A stretch of DNA of 59,876 nucleotides, filler included, from Porpidia crustulata (lineage: Eukaryota): assembly GCA_964255105.1 (NCBI GenBank). It is 4 parts of 4 records of this genome, joined end to end, with 100 filler letters (N's around TTAATTAATTAA, not from the genome) between each part and the next. Parts side by side here need not be neighbours in the genome. Positions count along the whole stretch, not along the records: positions 30,029 to 44,925 come from CAXUWE010000353.1; positions 45,026 to 59,876 come from CAXUWE010000354.1; 2 more parts are not named here. One strand, given 5' to 3'. The notes beneath the pieces were generated by a model. That model ran no database searches, had not been told where the DNA came from, and saw only the letters and a list, made by a program, of their open reading frames with translations. The translations under genes and the position numbers were made by a program. Shown piece after piece: positions 35,407-47,323 of the stretch (position 1 is its first letter; each line of letters opens with the position of its first letter).

Positions 35407-36749
35407 ATTCTGCTTTTGATTCCTCTCACCACCAGGCATGTCCTCTACACCAATCCAAACACGAGCATAATTGGCCTCACCCCCAATACTTCATGAAAGT
35501 TACAATCCAACTTCCAAACTCACAAAATTTGGCCATGCAGAGTATGAGCTGCCGAACTTTCTTTCGATGTTTCCTCTGTGGGACTTGTAGTTGGCGTAAG
35601 GAAGTGCAATCAACTTAAGATCTTGATAGTACTCCTTAAGAATTCGGTGACCATGAACACTCTGATGCTGAGCAACTTCTTGGGATCATTCAAGATATTA
35701 CCAAGGCCCCGAGCCTTGGGCTTATCCCGATGCACCCCGAAAAGCCTCAAAAATATCAAGCATGCACTTCGTATGGAGAGCGTCAAGATAATATATTTAG
35801 TCTTCAATAGATTCACTTTCCATGTCTTGTGTGTTTATAGTTTGGCTCATACGCAAGACGCTGAAGACGAAACAAAAATCCTCTCTTTAAATTCTCTTCT
35901 TGGCATTCTTGTCCTGGCTCATCACATCAAACGCTCAGCACCCTTCTTACTCAGCGTCCTACCTACTCGATATCCTACTCACCATTCTACCTGCTCTTCA
36001 TCTTGCTTGCTCAATACCCTACTGAACATCTTTTCTACCCATCAAAATATCTACTCAACGTACCACGGAGCCATGAGATTGCTTCGTCTTCATTCGACTG
36101 ATACTTGTACTAGGCTTGAAAAACATGCTTCAAGTCCACCTCTCAAATACCCATCGATCTATCTTCCAAACACCAAGCAACCTATCTTTCAACAACCTAG
36201 CTAGTCTCTTAGATAGTTATCCAGGGAGTAAATATATTAACTCCATTGGCTGATTTTTCAATTATTGAAGTAGGTGCTGGATTATTCTTTTGGTCGTAAT
36301 TGTGAACTGGCCAATTGACGATTCAGATATGTCGTAGCACATGGGCTGGCAAGCAATGGTAATGTAGTCAATTTGGCCAAGTGCTGGCTATGCCGTCTGG
36401 CTGTTTGGCATTAGGGCCTCGAAGTCCCCGAGCCGGACCGTCACTAACAATGAATTAACATGAAAGACTCGCACAAAGGGACACAAACAACATTGATTGA
36501 GAACGTTGCTCAGGAAATGCCTATGTATTCAAAATAGAGTCTATGCTATTGTGAGTTGTGGAGCTCCACCGGGACCAGTCGACAGCCTTGCAATAGTGTC
36601 CTCAATATCCTAATTGAAACCCACCAAAAGCTTCTAGCATCTGAATGCTTGTTCTTTCTTCTCCTCGAGATTGAAACATCCGTGCGCTAAGCATGAGAGA
36701 ACATCTCCCAGCAGAGATATTTCAAGACATCATCTAGGTAGCGGAGCTT

Positions 36750-37928
36750 TCACTGATCATGGCAAAGGGACTCAGCGTACATGTGAAACTGCATAAAAAT
36801 CAGAGCATCTTCAGCCATGGTTCCTTGAGAAAATTAGCCCAAACAGGTATGGAAGTCACGTTAAGGAGAGAAATCACCAAGTGAACCAATGAGCCACGGA
36901 AGATTTATAAGTATGTATTGCTTTTGCGTCGAGTGGAGCAGGATCTAGTGTATGGATATCAGTATATTGTTCGCAATGATTGGGGTACGGTTCCTTACAC
37001 TGCCGCCATATGTTGCGTTGCCGAGAAGTGAGAGGATGAAAAAAAGGAGCGATAATCCTGGCGGCTCATTAGAAATTCTCTTAAAGACCTCGCAGATTCC
37101 CCTGAATGACAAACCCTCACAGGAACGCTCTCGATGATTTTTGATTATTTGAGGGATTCGAGCCCTGCAAATACATGTTGTCAAAAATGTTTCGGCATCT
37201 ACGGCACAGTTCGGTGGACCTACCCCAAATAGGCGATGGCAGATAGGTAACCCAACAATTCTGCGCCGAGTGCAACATCATTGGCATTACCATCAGATTC
37301 TGGCCTCCAGACGCCAGCTCTCCATGCCGCAGCCCAGCCAGCAGTGCCTGCCACGCATACAAGAAAAATCGAGGCACAATTCTTCACCCAGGACTTACTA
37401 AATCGGGGTTCTTCTTGGATCGTAGGTAGTAAAGGGTTTCCAAGACTAGAGCCACGGCGCCCTTGAGACGCAGAAGATCGTCGCCTTGACCCCGGGAGAC
37501 CGATGCCGCTGGCGATTGGGTGGAGTAAGGGTTGATTTGGATCTTCCGGATCCGACAAATCCTGAAATTGTGCGCTCTTTCTGCGAGCATTGAGATTATT
37601 GTAGTAAAGGCATTGAGCGATGAGTATGGCATCCGCTAAGCAAAAGTACAGAGCTAGAGCAATGACTGTAGGAACTAACCCTGCCCAAACAGCGCCGCAC
37701 AAATTCGAGATGTCTCCTGCGAACCATACTGCGAGAAACGCAAGTGAAATGCCCTCTGAACTGTGTGATTGGTAATTTTCGATCAATTGGGGCACCTAGC
37801 ACAGATTGTTTTAGTTGCTGAGCACGACAAGGAATTGGACTTCACGGTACCAGTAAAAATATCCAAGACGCCAAAGAAATAGATCCGAGAACACCAGAGA
37901 TGGCCTCCTGGACCGGCAAAGCGAGCAT
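36750..37928 (-). CDS. PQ-loop vacuolar amino-acid transporter (Ypq1/Rtc2-like); 5 introns
   Basis: SGVLGSISLASWIFLL|VPQLIENY...EGISLAFL..W..GD; second repeat ARIPQIIKN..RSCEGLS..FF...GN; PWLIGSLGT. Confidence 0.9.
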
Positions 37929-39032
37929 CTCCGAGCCTAATACTGAATCTGTAAACCTGCTCGAGCCTGTTTACGAGGTTAGCTGTAAATCACATATTTT
38001 CATTGGCTGATAAAGCAATCAATGCGCGTAAGATTTCGTGCATAATGGATTAATGGTTGGGTGGGTATGAAGCGCTGCAAGTACGCACGGTAGTAGATTA
38101 AGGTAGTACGGATTATTAATTAGGTAGCCGGGTGGCCGGTAAGGTGAGGTGGCTATAATTACTACCTTTGGCACGCTAGGCAGACTATCTCTGAAAACAC
38201 CAGGGACCACTATGACAGGACGGTTTCCACAGGGTTAGGGTTCACTAAATGTTCAAGGGCGTGTAGAACCGGTTAGCTGTCCCTCGGTCCTATTGATGAA
38301 GTCCAAAATTGCCGCCAGGCTTGAAAATGTTGATCCAGCTTGTATTCAATTTCTTGCTGCTACTCGATGATTTTCTGGCTGTTCACAGATCGTGAACAGT
38401 ACGACACTGCTTACCCATTCACCTACGTTAGTTAACTGGAAATTTCAAGTCGTGTAGAGCTATTCATAAGATTTCTGGACCTTTCGAGTCTCAGACTATT
38501 GGCCTTACCCAAAGCCAGCGCCCGTCATTCATGCTCAACTGTGCGGCTCCGTAAGCTCATCTGTCTCTTTGCGAGGAACAGAACGACATGTGAATATGCA
38601 ACCCTTACTCGCCCACATAAAGTAGTAGATAGTTGTTATTCGTCAGGCATACGAAGATGAGGTTGGCATTGATGACTAGCGTTGGCTTTTGTCATGGCAT
38701 TAAAACTGTTACTCGACGGTAGGTAGGGTGGTAGGTACTCGTATCGGCTACATTTATAATTAATGTTGTGGCATAGGCGCGACTTTAAGCGATACAGTAA
38801 CCGTCCCCTTTCAACCCAGGTGACTCATCGTCGCTCCTGTTCACTCTCAAGATTCAATAACTGTTTCTTCACTACGTTCTTCATCACTCTGTCGCTTCTG
38901 AGGCAACTTTTCATGACCTAGATTTGCCGCTGCTTTCGTTTTATCACGGCACTTCGCTTTTCGCAGTATCTAACCATAAATACAAAGTTGCGCACCATAG
39001 CAGACGTTGCGTTTGTTCTCGGACTATAGAAG

Positions 39033-39899
39033 ATGTACACATCTGGACCTGCCCAAGCCTTGATCTACTCGCTTTTTATACTGCTTTCAATAATTACTGC
39101 GTTGAATGTCGATGATGCTCTTCAACGGCGACAAGGAATTGGCGCTCTAAGCACTGGAGTGGCGACTCCTTCCACGCCAGCCTCGTCTGGGAGCACTACT
39201 GGTGCCTCAGGCTCGTCATCGACTTCGCCGGCTCTAACAACGACTTTGAGCTCGTCGGTGCCTGAGACGTCGATTGCAAGTAGCAACCCAGGCAGTACTA
39301 CGACCGCTTTGACCTCCGCCTTGTCTTCAAACCTCGAGTCCTTTTCGACGACAGCCTCGACTTCAGTATCTTCGACATCTGCACCATCAGTATTAGGATC
39401 CACATCCACAGAATCCAAAGTCACAGCCACAAGCAAACCAACTAGCCCAGTCTCGGTATCAATCAGCAGTAGAACAGAGCAGCTGGTCACAACGATTATT
39501 ACAGTGAGCGGGAGCAATACTCTTACTCTGGTTTCTACCACGAGTGGACTCGTGGCAGTGTCGACTTCTTCTATAACGTCTACAAGCGCGCCTACACTCG
39601 ATGGAAGTAATGGCTCAACTAGTAGCTCTGGTCTCCAGCCGTCACAGAAGCGGACCATCATCGGCGTTGTTGTCGGTGTCGGAGGTACGATTCTCTTGGG
39701 TGGCGTCGCGGTAGTGGCTTGGAGGATATGGGGCAGGAGAAGACACATCGTTGATGAAGACAGCGACCTTATGGGTTCTCAACCGGGGTCTTCCGGCCTG
39801 GAGAAAAGAAGCAGTGTCAGTGGTAACAGCCCATTCCGGTCGAATTTGGAACAGTATCATAACCCGGCTGGACCGGTGAACACCGCGTCGAATTTTTGA
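39033..39899 (+). CDS. Mid2-like single-pass cell-surface protein (signal, S/T-rich ectodomain, TM helix, short tail)
   Basis: Hydrophobic N-terminus, long S/T tract, TM segment IIGVVVGVGGTILLGGVAVVAWRIW followed by GRRRH, tail PFRSNLEQYHNP..VNTASNF. Confidence 0.88.
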   Translation: MYTSGPAQALIYSLFILLSIITALNVDDALQRRQGIGALSTGVATPSTPASSGSTTGASGSSSTSPALTTTLSSSVPETSIASSNPGSTTTALTSALSSNLESFSTTASTSVSSTSAPSVLGSTSTESKVTATSKPTSPVSVSISSRTEQLVTTIITVSGSNTLTLVSTTSGLVAVSTSSITSTSAPTLDGSNGSTSSSGLQPSQKRTIIGVVVGVGGTILLGGVAVVAWRIWGRRRHIVDEDSDLMGSQPGSSGLEKRSSVSGNSPFRSNLEQYHNPAGPVNTASNF

Positions 39900-40218
39900 C
39901 ACCGGTCTACATTGGTCATAGAACATTAGGAAGTTCCCCACATATCGTTGACGAGTAATGGAAGGCGGCGCTCTGGGGTAGACCGGTGTCTCAAAAAGGA
40001 ACGAATCTCATGTACTCGTGCAGAAGTTTAAGTTCATTTTAAATTCATTGTTTACAACATCAATGATAAGTTTCCTGCATGCCTGCCGAAGGGCCAGTTG
40101 TGTAACAGAGCTTCCGTTCACTCATCTTCGATAATGTATAAAATGTAGATTTCTTTGGCTTCTAGGCAGTCTGCAGGGAGGCCTGAGATCTTCAGCGGAC
40201 ACTTTAACAGGAGAACTA

Positions 40219-40328
40219 CTCGTTTCCACCCCTCATCGGACCACCTCGATCAGAACTAGTAGGTAAAACCCTAATCCCAGGTGCAATGGTCCGACGAGGG
40301 GTGTGGTCTGATGAGGGGTGGAAACGAG
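40219..40328. mobile_element. 110-bp MITE with Fot1/pogo-like TIRs and TA target-site duplication
   Basis: TA|CTCGTTTCCACCCCTCATCGGACCAC...GTGGTCTGATGAGGGGTGGAAACGAG|TA: 26-bp TIR with one mismatch. The right arm carries an internal direct repeat (TGGTCCGACGAGGGGT / TGGTCTGATGAGGGGT). Confidence 0.8.
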
Positions 40329-40696
40329 TAGGCCGAAGAGCGCTTGAGGTGACCACTCATTAGAAGCCGAAGCAAAATACAAGGCAAGGTCTTACCAAAA
40401 CCACACCCAAAATTTTTTTCAATCTTCGGACAAGGAAGCGATAATACTGGCCTAAAATCAATCTCTGTCCGAAGATTAAAAACTAGCCTGACACCCTGAG
40501 TAGGGTGGTAGGCACGTGGCACGGTAGGCTACCAACACAAAACAGCCCTAGGTAGATGCACGCCTCCGCTGATCGACAAGGGGTTGTAAAATTTGTAATC
40601 TGCACAGTTACGTGACAAGGCCAAACGCGAACGCGCCAGACTTCTTCCAGCGACCGCATCTACCCCAACTTCCTCTCATCAGCGGCCCTCAACGCG

Positions 40697-41489
40697 ATGT
40701 TTTCGAACAACCCACACCGATGTTCCCTGGACTATGCATCCATGCTGCCAACTCCACTGCCCCCGCGCAATCCTAGCGCTTGTCCTCGATTTACGCCTCA
40801 GGTATCCACGTATACCGCGGCGAACCATAGAGTCACTCGTTCTAAGCAAGGCGACAACCTCCATCCTATGCTACGGCGAAGACATGGCGAGCAGAATAGC
40901 AGACGACAGGCGTTCCTAACCAAAGTGAAACAAAATAGGGATCATCGAAGATGGGACTTACGTGCAGATCAAGTACCATATATAGATCTTGTGTAGGGTA
41001 CCTTATGACTAATGGTAAGGGAACAGATACTTAGAAACGATTTCATATCACAGCAGAAAGAGTGGGAAATAGAGCAGGCTCGCCTTGCCTCAAAACTTCC
41101 TGAGGCTTCGGAGGACGACGAGATGGATATTGGCTTCGGTTCCCTTTCTAGATCAGGTGGGATTTTCTTGGAATCCCTATATTTCGACTCCTGGCTGACA
41201 GCCTACAGCAGAGGATGAAATAAGAGAGGAAATTTTACTGCAAGAGAAAGAACTCGAGTCATGGATCTTGCTAGTTGAAGAGAAAAATTCAGCAACGAAC
41301 GATCAAGCAGTCGTAACGGGTGGGTATGGACGCGAAGACGAGGGCTCTGACGGCTTGCTCATGCAATTTATCTCGGAAGTAGAGAGGGAAGGCAAGAATA
41401 CTCGTGGTCGTGTAGTACCGGCGACAGACTCAGAACATCTGACGTTACCAATGGCTTCAGATAAAGAGATGGATACGTCGGTGGACTAG
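40697..41489 (+). CDS. Hypothetical protein with a charged helical core; 2 introns
   Basis: Three ORF pieces joined in frame by GT-AG introns: RRQAFLTKVKQNRDHRRWDLRADQ|ILRNDFISQQKEWE...|...EILLQEKELES...EMDTSVD. Confidence 0.7.
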
Positions 41490-41643
41490 AAATTGCTGTG
41501 CTTGAATGACTAGGTCCTGAGCGAGGTTTCTTCAAAAGGCTACTTTAGGTGATGTTGGTATCGTGCCGCAATTAGGCAAATTCGTTCGTATACCCATAAT
41601 ATGTAAGTTTCAATGTATGAATTACAATCGTTTATCAAGCGTT

Positions 41644-42704
41644 TTACTGCTGAGTACAACTGGGGTCTATATCTCCCAAAACCTCCTGTGCCGCATGCAT
41701 ATCACCCGCAAGATCTGCTGGGGGACTGCCAGCTGCCTGCATCTAGTATTCATGTTAACAATACGTCATACACATCCTGAAACGATTAAACCTACCTCTT
41801 GCATTCGTTCGACTATATACTCCCTATCTGCAGGATACGAATCTGAGTATCCTTTCGTTTCGAACTTCCCAACAATCTCTGCTACCAATCTCTGCTGCTT
41901 TTTGTATCTGTGTAACTCATCTTCCTCAGTGCTACCCTTATTCTTAATCATCCAAGCCGGGAATTTATCATGCAGTTCCTTCATCGGTTCGTACAGTATT
42001 TCTTTGGTCGTCAGTTGCTCCATCATGCCCATCAGCATGTGGGAGAAGTCTTCCTTATTCCCGGTGCTTTCAAGGCCATCGCCTTGCATCTGTTTAAGCA
42101 TCTGAGTAAGAATGTCTTCGGGATCCTCCGAGGACGCCGCTGCAGAGGCCTGCTTCCCAGAGGCTTGCATTCGGTGCATGGTTTTACGTATTGTTTCTTG
42201 AAATGACTCATCTACAGCGTTGGCCTCGGAGATGGTATTCTTGCTCTGTGGTCGCCCCTCCGACTTACTTGAAGACCCTGGGTCCGCTGTCGCTCCGAGC
42301 TCTTTCATCATAATTTCGATTTCTCGCTTCATCTCAGGCGATTCGTCTACCTCGCCCATGAGTGCTGCCATCTGCGCTTGGAGCTGTTTGCTAAAATCCG
42401 CAGCGATCTTATCATTATCTTCTAGCGAAGGTTGTCCGAGATCTGGTCGCGTCGGCTTAGGTGGCTGTTTCCCATGTCTGGTCGTGTCGACCTTGGTAGC
42501 CTCAAAGTCATCAAGTAAGTCTGCCGCATCGTTAGTGGCAATTTACCCGAGAAGAACGAGAAATGATTCTGCACCATCTAGATCATCTAGATCGTCGTCG
42601 TCGGGATCTGACGGATCAGGCACAGTGGGCAGTGACCTCCTTCTTATCTTTGCTGCCTCGGTATCTGCATTTTGTGTGCCCTCCAAGCTTTCCTTCCTTT
42701 CCAT
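41644..42704 (-). CDS. PEX19: Peroxin 19, peroxisomal membrane protein receptor; 2 introns
   Basis: DDDDLDDLD|DLLDDF; FQETIRKTM.RM; MMEQLTTKEILYEPMKEL; MQE|MQAAGSPPADL; C-terminal CaaX box CTQQ-stop. Confidence 0.96.
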
Positions 42705-43105
42705 GTTCTGAAGGTGTGTCCGCTCATGAGCGACTTCATGTCATCTTGAAAGGTCAATAATTTAGCGGCGTGATGGTAGACCTTATGTTGCCCATGTATA
42801 TGCCGAGCAAATTTTCTGTATCCGGCCGAGGCTTCTAACTAAGGTTGATCGACAGCAGGGGCATGGGTCTCGCTTATCGCTTATGCGGCTTGCTCTTTAG
42901 TCTTCAGGCAAAATAGAGTAATCCCGCCGGGGCAGGGGACTTAGATAACGAAGCTAAATTTACGTACCTAACTCGAGAAGTTGAGCCAAGCAAGTACCAC
43001 GACCAAACCCAAGCTACGCCCCCGCAATTGGAAAGCTGACGTTGTTGTGATCACTCAATCCAACCTAATAGCTAAGCCACACAGCCTACTGCCTCGCTGC
43101 CTACA

Positions 43106-43738
43106 ATGTCCCTTTGTCAAAATCGACTTCAGGAGGAGCGGTATATCATGAATCTCTACCTGTAAACTGGTCGAAGCTGAGCTATTGTCGCTTATAGGAA
43201 GCAGTGGCGCCGAGATCACCCATTTGGGTTTTTTGCGAAACCTGCCCGTACGCCTCAAGGGATCTTGGACCTCAAAAAGTGGGAATGTGGAGTGCCTGGA
43301 AAGGACAAAACCCTTTGGGAAGGTGGACTGTTCAAATTAGATGTGCTGTTCCCCGACGGTGAGATATAGTCTAACCGTCGGAATTGGAAATAAGCTAATA
43401 ATTGTTGTAGAATATCCAACTAAACCACCAAAGTGTAGGCATGAAATCCTGGTATATACGTTCGACCACCTAATGCAGCTATAGGCAAATTCGTACCCCC
43501 ACTATTCCATCCCAATGTCTATCCTTCGGGAACCGTCTGTCTGTCTATCTTGAACGAAGAGGAGGGCTGGAAGCCGGCCATTACGATCAAACAAATTCTC
43601 ATTGGTATCCAAGACTTGCTGAACGATCCCAATCCTGATTCACCCGCTCAAGCTGAAGCTTATAATCTCTACAAGAAAGACAAGGATGCCTACGCAAAGA
43701 AGGTAAAGCATATCGTCAAAGAGAACCCAGCGCCATGA
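43106..43738 (+). CDS. UBC9: SUMO-conjugating enzyme E2; 3 introns, 24-nt micro-exon
   Basis: [72 protein letters not shown]. Confidence 0.97.
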
Positions 43739-44125
43739 AGTCATGGGTACGCGATCACTACAAGTATGCGAGGATTTACACTACCTTCATATGACAGATT
43801 TTTAGGCCTCCTACGGAACACTGACATATGGGGTTTAAGGCGCGGCGTTCTGGAGTGGAGGTTCGAATCTGAAGGTGAAGCGGCTGATAGGCGTTTGCGC
43901 ATTCCAGACATTCACCTTAATCATTCTCCAATTGATTCAGCCTACCAATTTCTCCAGTTAATGTGCTCAAATTTTCGGCCATCAAAGTGATAAATGCACA
44001 TTGCGTCAGCAGAGGATTATCAAAAACGAATCCCCAGAGAGCCGTAAGTGACGGACGTGAAAATCATACGTGTCCATATTTTGATTCACTTCTGTCGTTA
44101 TCAGCATTACTTCTGAGAAATTAAA

Positions 44126-44925
44126 TGTGAGGTTAAGGATGAACTAGGCGCAAAAGATATTGAAAGCTAGAAGCCTTTGGTCCTTTCTCGAATTCACCCC
44201 TCAACAGAACACACCCCTCACCGGAACAACTAGAATTAAATTAATGGAAATAGCCCTAACCCTCCGTTGAGGAGTGCGAACGAGTATCTTATCGTATCTT
44301 ATCGTGTCTTGTCAACCGACTCTTCCGCACAACTTGACAGTCCTCGCGTAATCAATCTCGTTCGCTTAAACTTGTCGAATCTTACGCGAACTTGAACATC
44401 AATATTTTTTCATGATCACGCTGCTGCGACCACCCCCAGGGGTATTGGTTTACCCGGGTGAGGAAGCTAGGTGGAGTGGGCGCAATCCACATGAGGGGCG
44501 CAACACCCAACTGCACCACCTAAAAGGCGAAATACCAAATTGGAAGACTTGGTCCAATACTACTAGATATGGTGGGTATGGCCGTAACACACGCGTGCGT
44601 TTATAACGACATGTACGTAAATATTTTAATACGCAATATCTGAAGAGTGTAAGTTAAAAATTTAATATAACAAGTTACGATTCCGTTTTTTTAACTTTTT
44701 AAAGAAATTTAACGTTAATCTTAACGATCTGTTACGATCAGACCTTCCCCAACATCCCCAGCAGCCCACCGGATCAAGGTGGTGCCGAGCCTAAAGAGGC
44801 CTAGCGTCGCTCTAGCATTGCAAATTTCCCACCGCCCTAAATATCGCCCTCCACCCGGATTTTCCTTCCTCCTGTAACGGTTGTCCCTTTAACAACACAA
44901 GATATAAACAGAGAGAGTAATAGAC
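44126..44925. repeat. Degenerate transposon-relic tract at contig end, including a Fot1/pogo-like TIR at 44187-44229
   Basis: CTCGAATTCACCCCTCAACAGAACACACCCCTCACCGGAACA resembles the MITE TIR at 40219/40328. LTR-end-like CGTAACA (44583) and TGTTACG (44730); AT-rich patches; no credible ORF. Confidence 0.5.
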
Positions 44926-45025
44926 NNNNNNNNNNNNNNNNNNNNNNNNNNNNNNNNNNNNNNNNNNNNTTAATTAATTAANNNNNNNNNNNNNNNNNNN
45001 NNNNNNNNNNNNNNNNNNNNNNNNN
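44926..45025. other. Artificial contig linker
   Basis: N44-TTAATTAATTAA-N44. Confidence 0.99.
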
Positions 45026-47138
45026 GGGGGTTTTCTTTTTGGGCCTGCCCCTTTGCTTCTTGGATGGTGGAGGATTTGCCGCTGGTCGGAGTTCGTCGAG
45101 ATCATGATCTTGTTGAGCGTGTTCTGGCTCTTCCTCGTTTTGGTCGATGAAGATATGCTCCATGGGTTCTTCTGGAATCTCAGTGACTTTCCTGTGGGGT
45201 CGACCTTTCTGCTTCTTTGGTGCGGGTAATATGGAAGGCTCTGGGAGCTCTTTTACAACGGTGTCTTCGGCTATCTCCAAGCCTGGTTCTTCATTTTCTA
45301 TTCCGACTTGAGGCTGCTTTTCAGACAGCTCTACCAATGGGTCTGCGGCTTTCTTTTGTGGACGACCTCTTTGCTTCTTGGGTGGTGCAAATGATTCAAC
45401 TCCTAAAAGGGCTTCGTAGGTACCTGCTACTTCGTCATATATCTCAGAATCTCGGCTATTCGCAGGTTTGCCGTCCCCGGGTCCTAACCCTGAATCCACG
45501 CCGACAAGTCTTGGTGGTATATGAACGCTAAACAACGGCATAGCCTCTTCTTCTTCCTCCTCCTCTTCATACTTTGGGGCGGCTTTAGCTAGGGCGGTCG
45601 TTTTCCGACGCTTGGACTTCTTGGGCTTCGTCAAGGCTTCAGGCCGCTTCGAAAAATCTACTGGTACGATGAGATCCTCGTTATCTACTTGTCCAGAGCG
45701 CGAGCGGCTTGGTCGAGGTTGATATTGCTCTTTGGGAAGCCCAATTTCGACATCATCGGAACCGAGCTCATCATCATGTCGTCTATGTGTTGGATGCTGC
45801 TTCTTGGTTGATATCGAGGATCGAGTTTTTGCACTACCGGAGACAGAGAGCGAAAGCTCGTCAATATGAGTCCCTTGCTCTTCAGCATCGAGAAGTCTTG
45901 ATGCCGCGAGGTCCATATTGCCTCCACATTCTTCTAGAGTCATTTGTATGACTGCCCTATCGGCTGTGTATGGTAGCGATTGTACCAAAGCTTCGATATT
46001 CGAGGAGAGAACACCAGACTCATCCTTCTTGATCGTCTTCTCTTCAGAATTGGGACATGCTGTCATAAAATACGATACAGCTGGATCCTTGTCAGTACGA
46101 GCGCGTTTTTGAGGGCAATCGTTTCTGCTTTCTTCAGCTTCTTCACTGTCGTCGAGGCTTGGTTTCGATACGCCGACTTCTGCTTTCGAGTTCTCTTTAG
46201 ATCTGGTGTTGCTTTGAATAGAATCAAGTAGTTTCTCGGCGTCACCGCGGGATCTGAAGGATGCTGTGGGAGTAGGCATACGGTCTCCCGAGGCAGGAGA
46301 TCCAAGAGAGGTCGGACTTTTCGCTGATCTCGGATCTGTGGGTGGACTGAATTCGATTGTAGTAATCGTGCTGGACTCGGATAATTGTGTATGCGTTCCT
46401 ACAGCTGGCTTCACGATCGGGGGCAGCATTAAACTACCTGATGATGCAGTTGGACTAGTCTCATTTTCGTAGAATTGAATACTTTGGTGTGTTTTTATGT
46501 TGTCCGCATCACCGTGTAGCTCTGCCTCGCAGTGCCCTAGCTCCTCATGTGCAGCGATCCGCAGACTGTCCTTCCCGCTCGCCATACTTCTTGCGACATT
46601 CGTGGTGTCCCTAGGTCTTGCAATTAACACGGAGTGTTTACTGGAAAGAACATCCTGTTCTCCATCGCTGGAGCCGCGAAACTCAAAAATGTCTTGAGAA
46701 CTCTTCGACCCATGGGTTTTCAACGCTTTCTTACCACTTCGCTCGGCTCCAGTCATGGTAGCTCTCCGAGATCTAGCATTGGGGATACAAGGCGTCGCTG
46801 ACGGCTGTTGGGTCAAGCGTCTATTGGATTTTTTCGTTGTCGACGCATCAGCTGGTGTTGGCGCAAGGAGGCTGTTGTGCGCATCTTGGATCTCGCGATT
46901 CAGCAGCTCTGCATCACGTTAGCTTCAGATCTAGGAACACCATCCTTGAACGTCAAGCCATGCCTGTGGAGCCGGTGCTGGGTTGCTCAGATTGCAGTAG
47001 CCTCGACGAAGGGGAACTAGGTAGGTCAACAAAGGTGCTCAACCCCCAGGTTTCCGTCATTGAGTGCTGAGATGGCCGTGGGCTGCCCTCCACATGATCC
47101 TCGTCATCCGAATCTTGTATTACGTTTCTCCCCGCCAT
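45026..47138 (-). CDS. Disordered protein with a CUE-like domain and at least three AT-hook motifs; 3' end cut by contig end; GC-AG intron 46963-46909
   Basis: MAGRNVIQDSDDED...STGST|ELLNREIQDAHNSLL; CUE-like IEALVQSLPYTADRAVIQMTLEECGGNMDLAASRLL; hooks KKQRGRPQKK, KKQKGRPHRK, KKQRGRPKKK. Confidence 0.82.
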
Positions 47139-47323
47139 CGTTCATCATTGTCCTGCCCACACGTCGTGGGGGGGGTATACGATGCGGCGGGCGACGCGAA
47201 AGGCACTCTACGCGAGTTTGGTCTAGCGCAATTAGAGTCAAGATGTGTCACGCATCAGTCTTATTCTGCATTCTACGAGCATAGTCTCTAGAGAATCAAG
47301 TAAGACATGCAGAAATTTCGGTT

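Noticed and set aside
35578..36204. 208-aa plus-strand ORF downstream of RPP1
   Set aside because: GTG start, L/S/H-rich composition from pyrimidine-rich DNA, no motif.
39122..39748. Long antisense ORFs (also 58265-58873, 28906-29529, 42220-42711)
   Set aside because: Shadows of real sense-strand genes, mostly over S/T-rich codons.
43830..43875. tRNA-like words GGTTTAAGGCGC and GGTTCGAATC in the UBC9 3' region
   Set aside because: T-stem and acceptor stem do not pair, and the spacing does not fit a cloverleaf.
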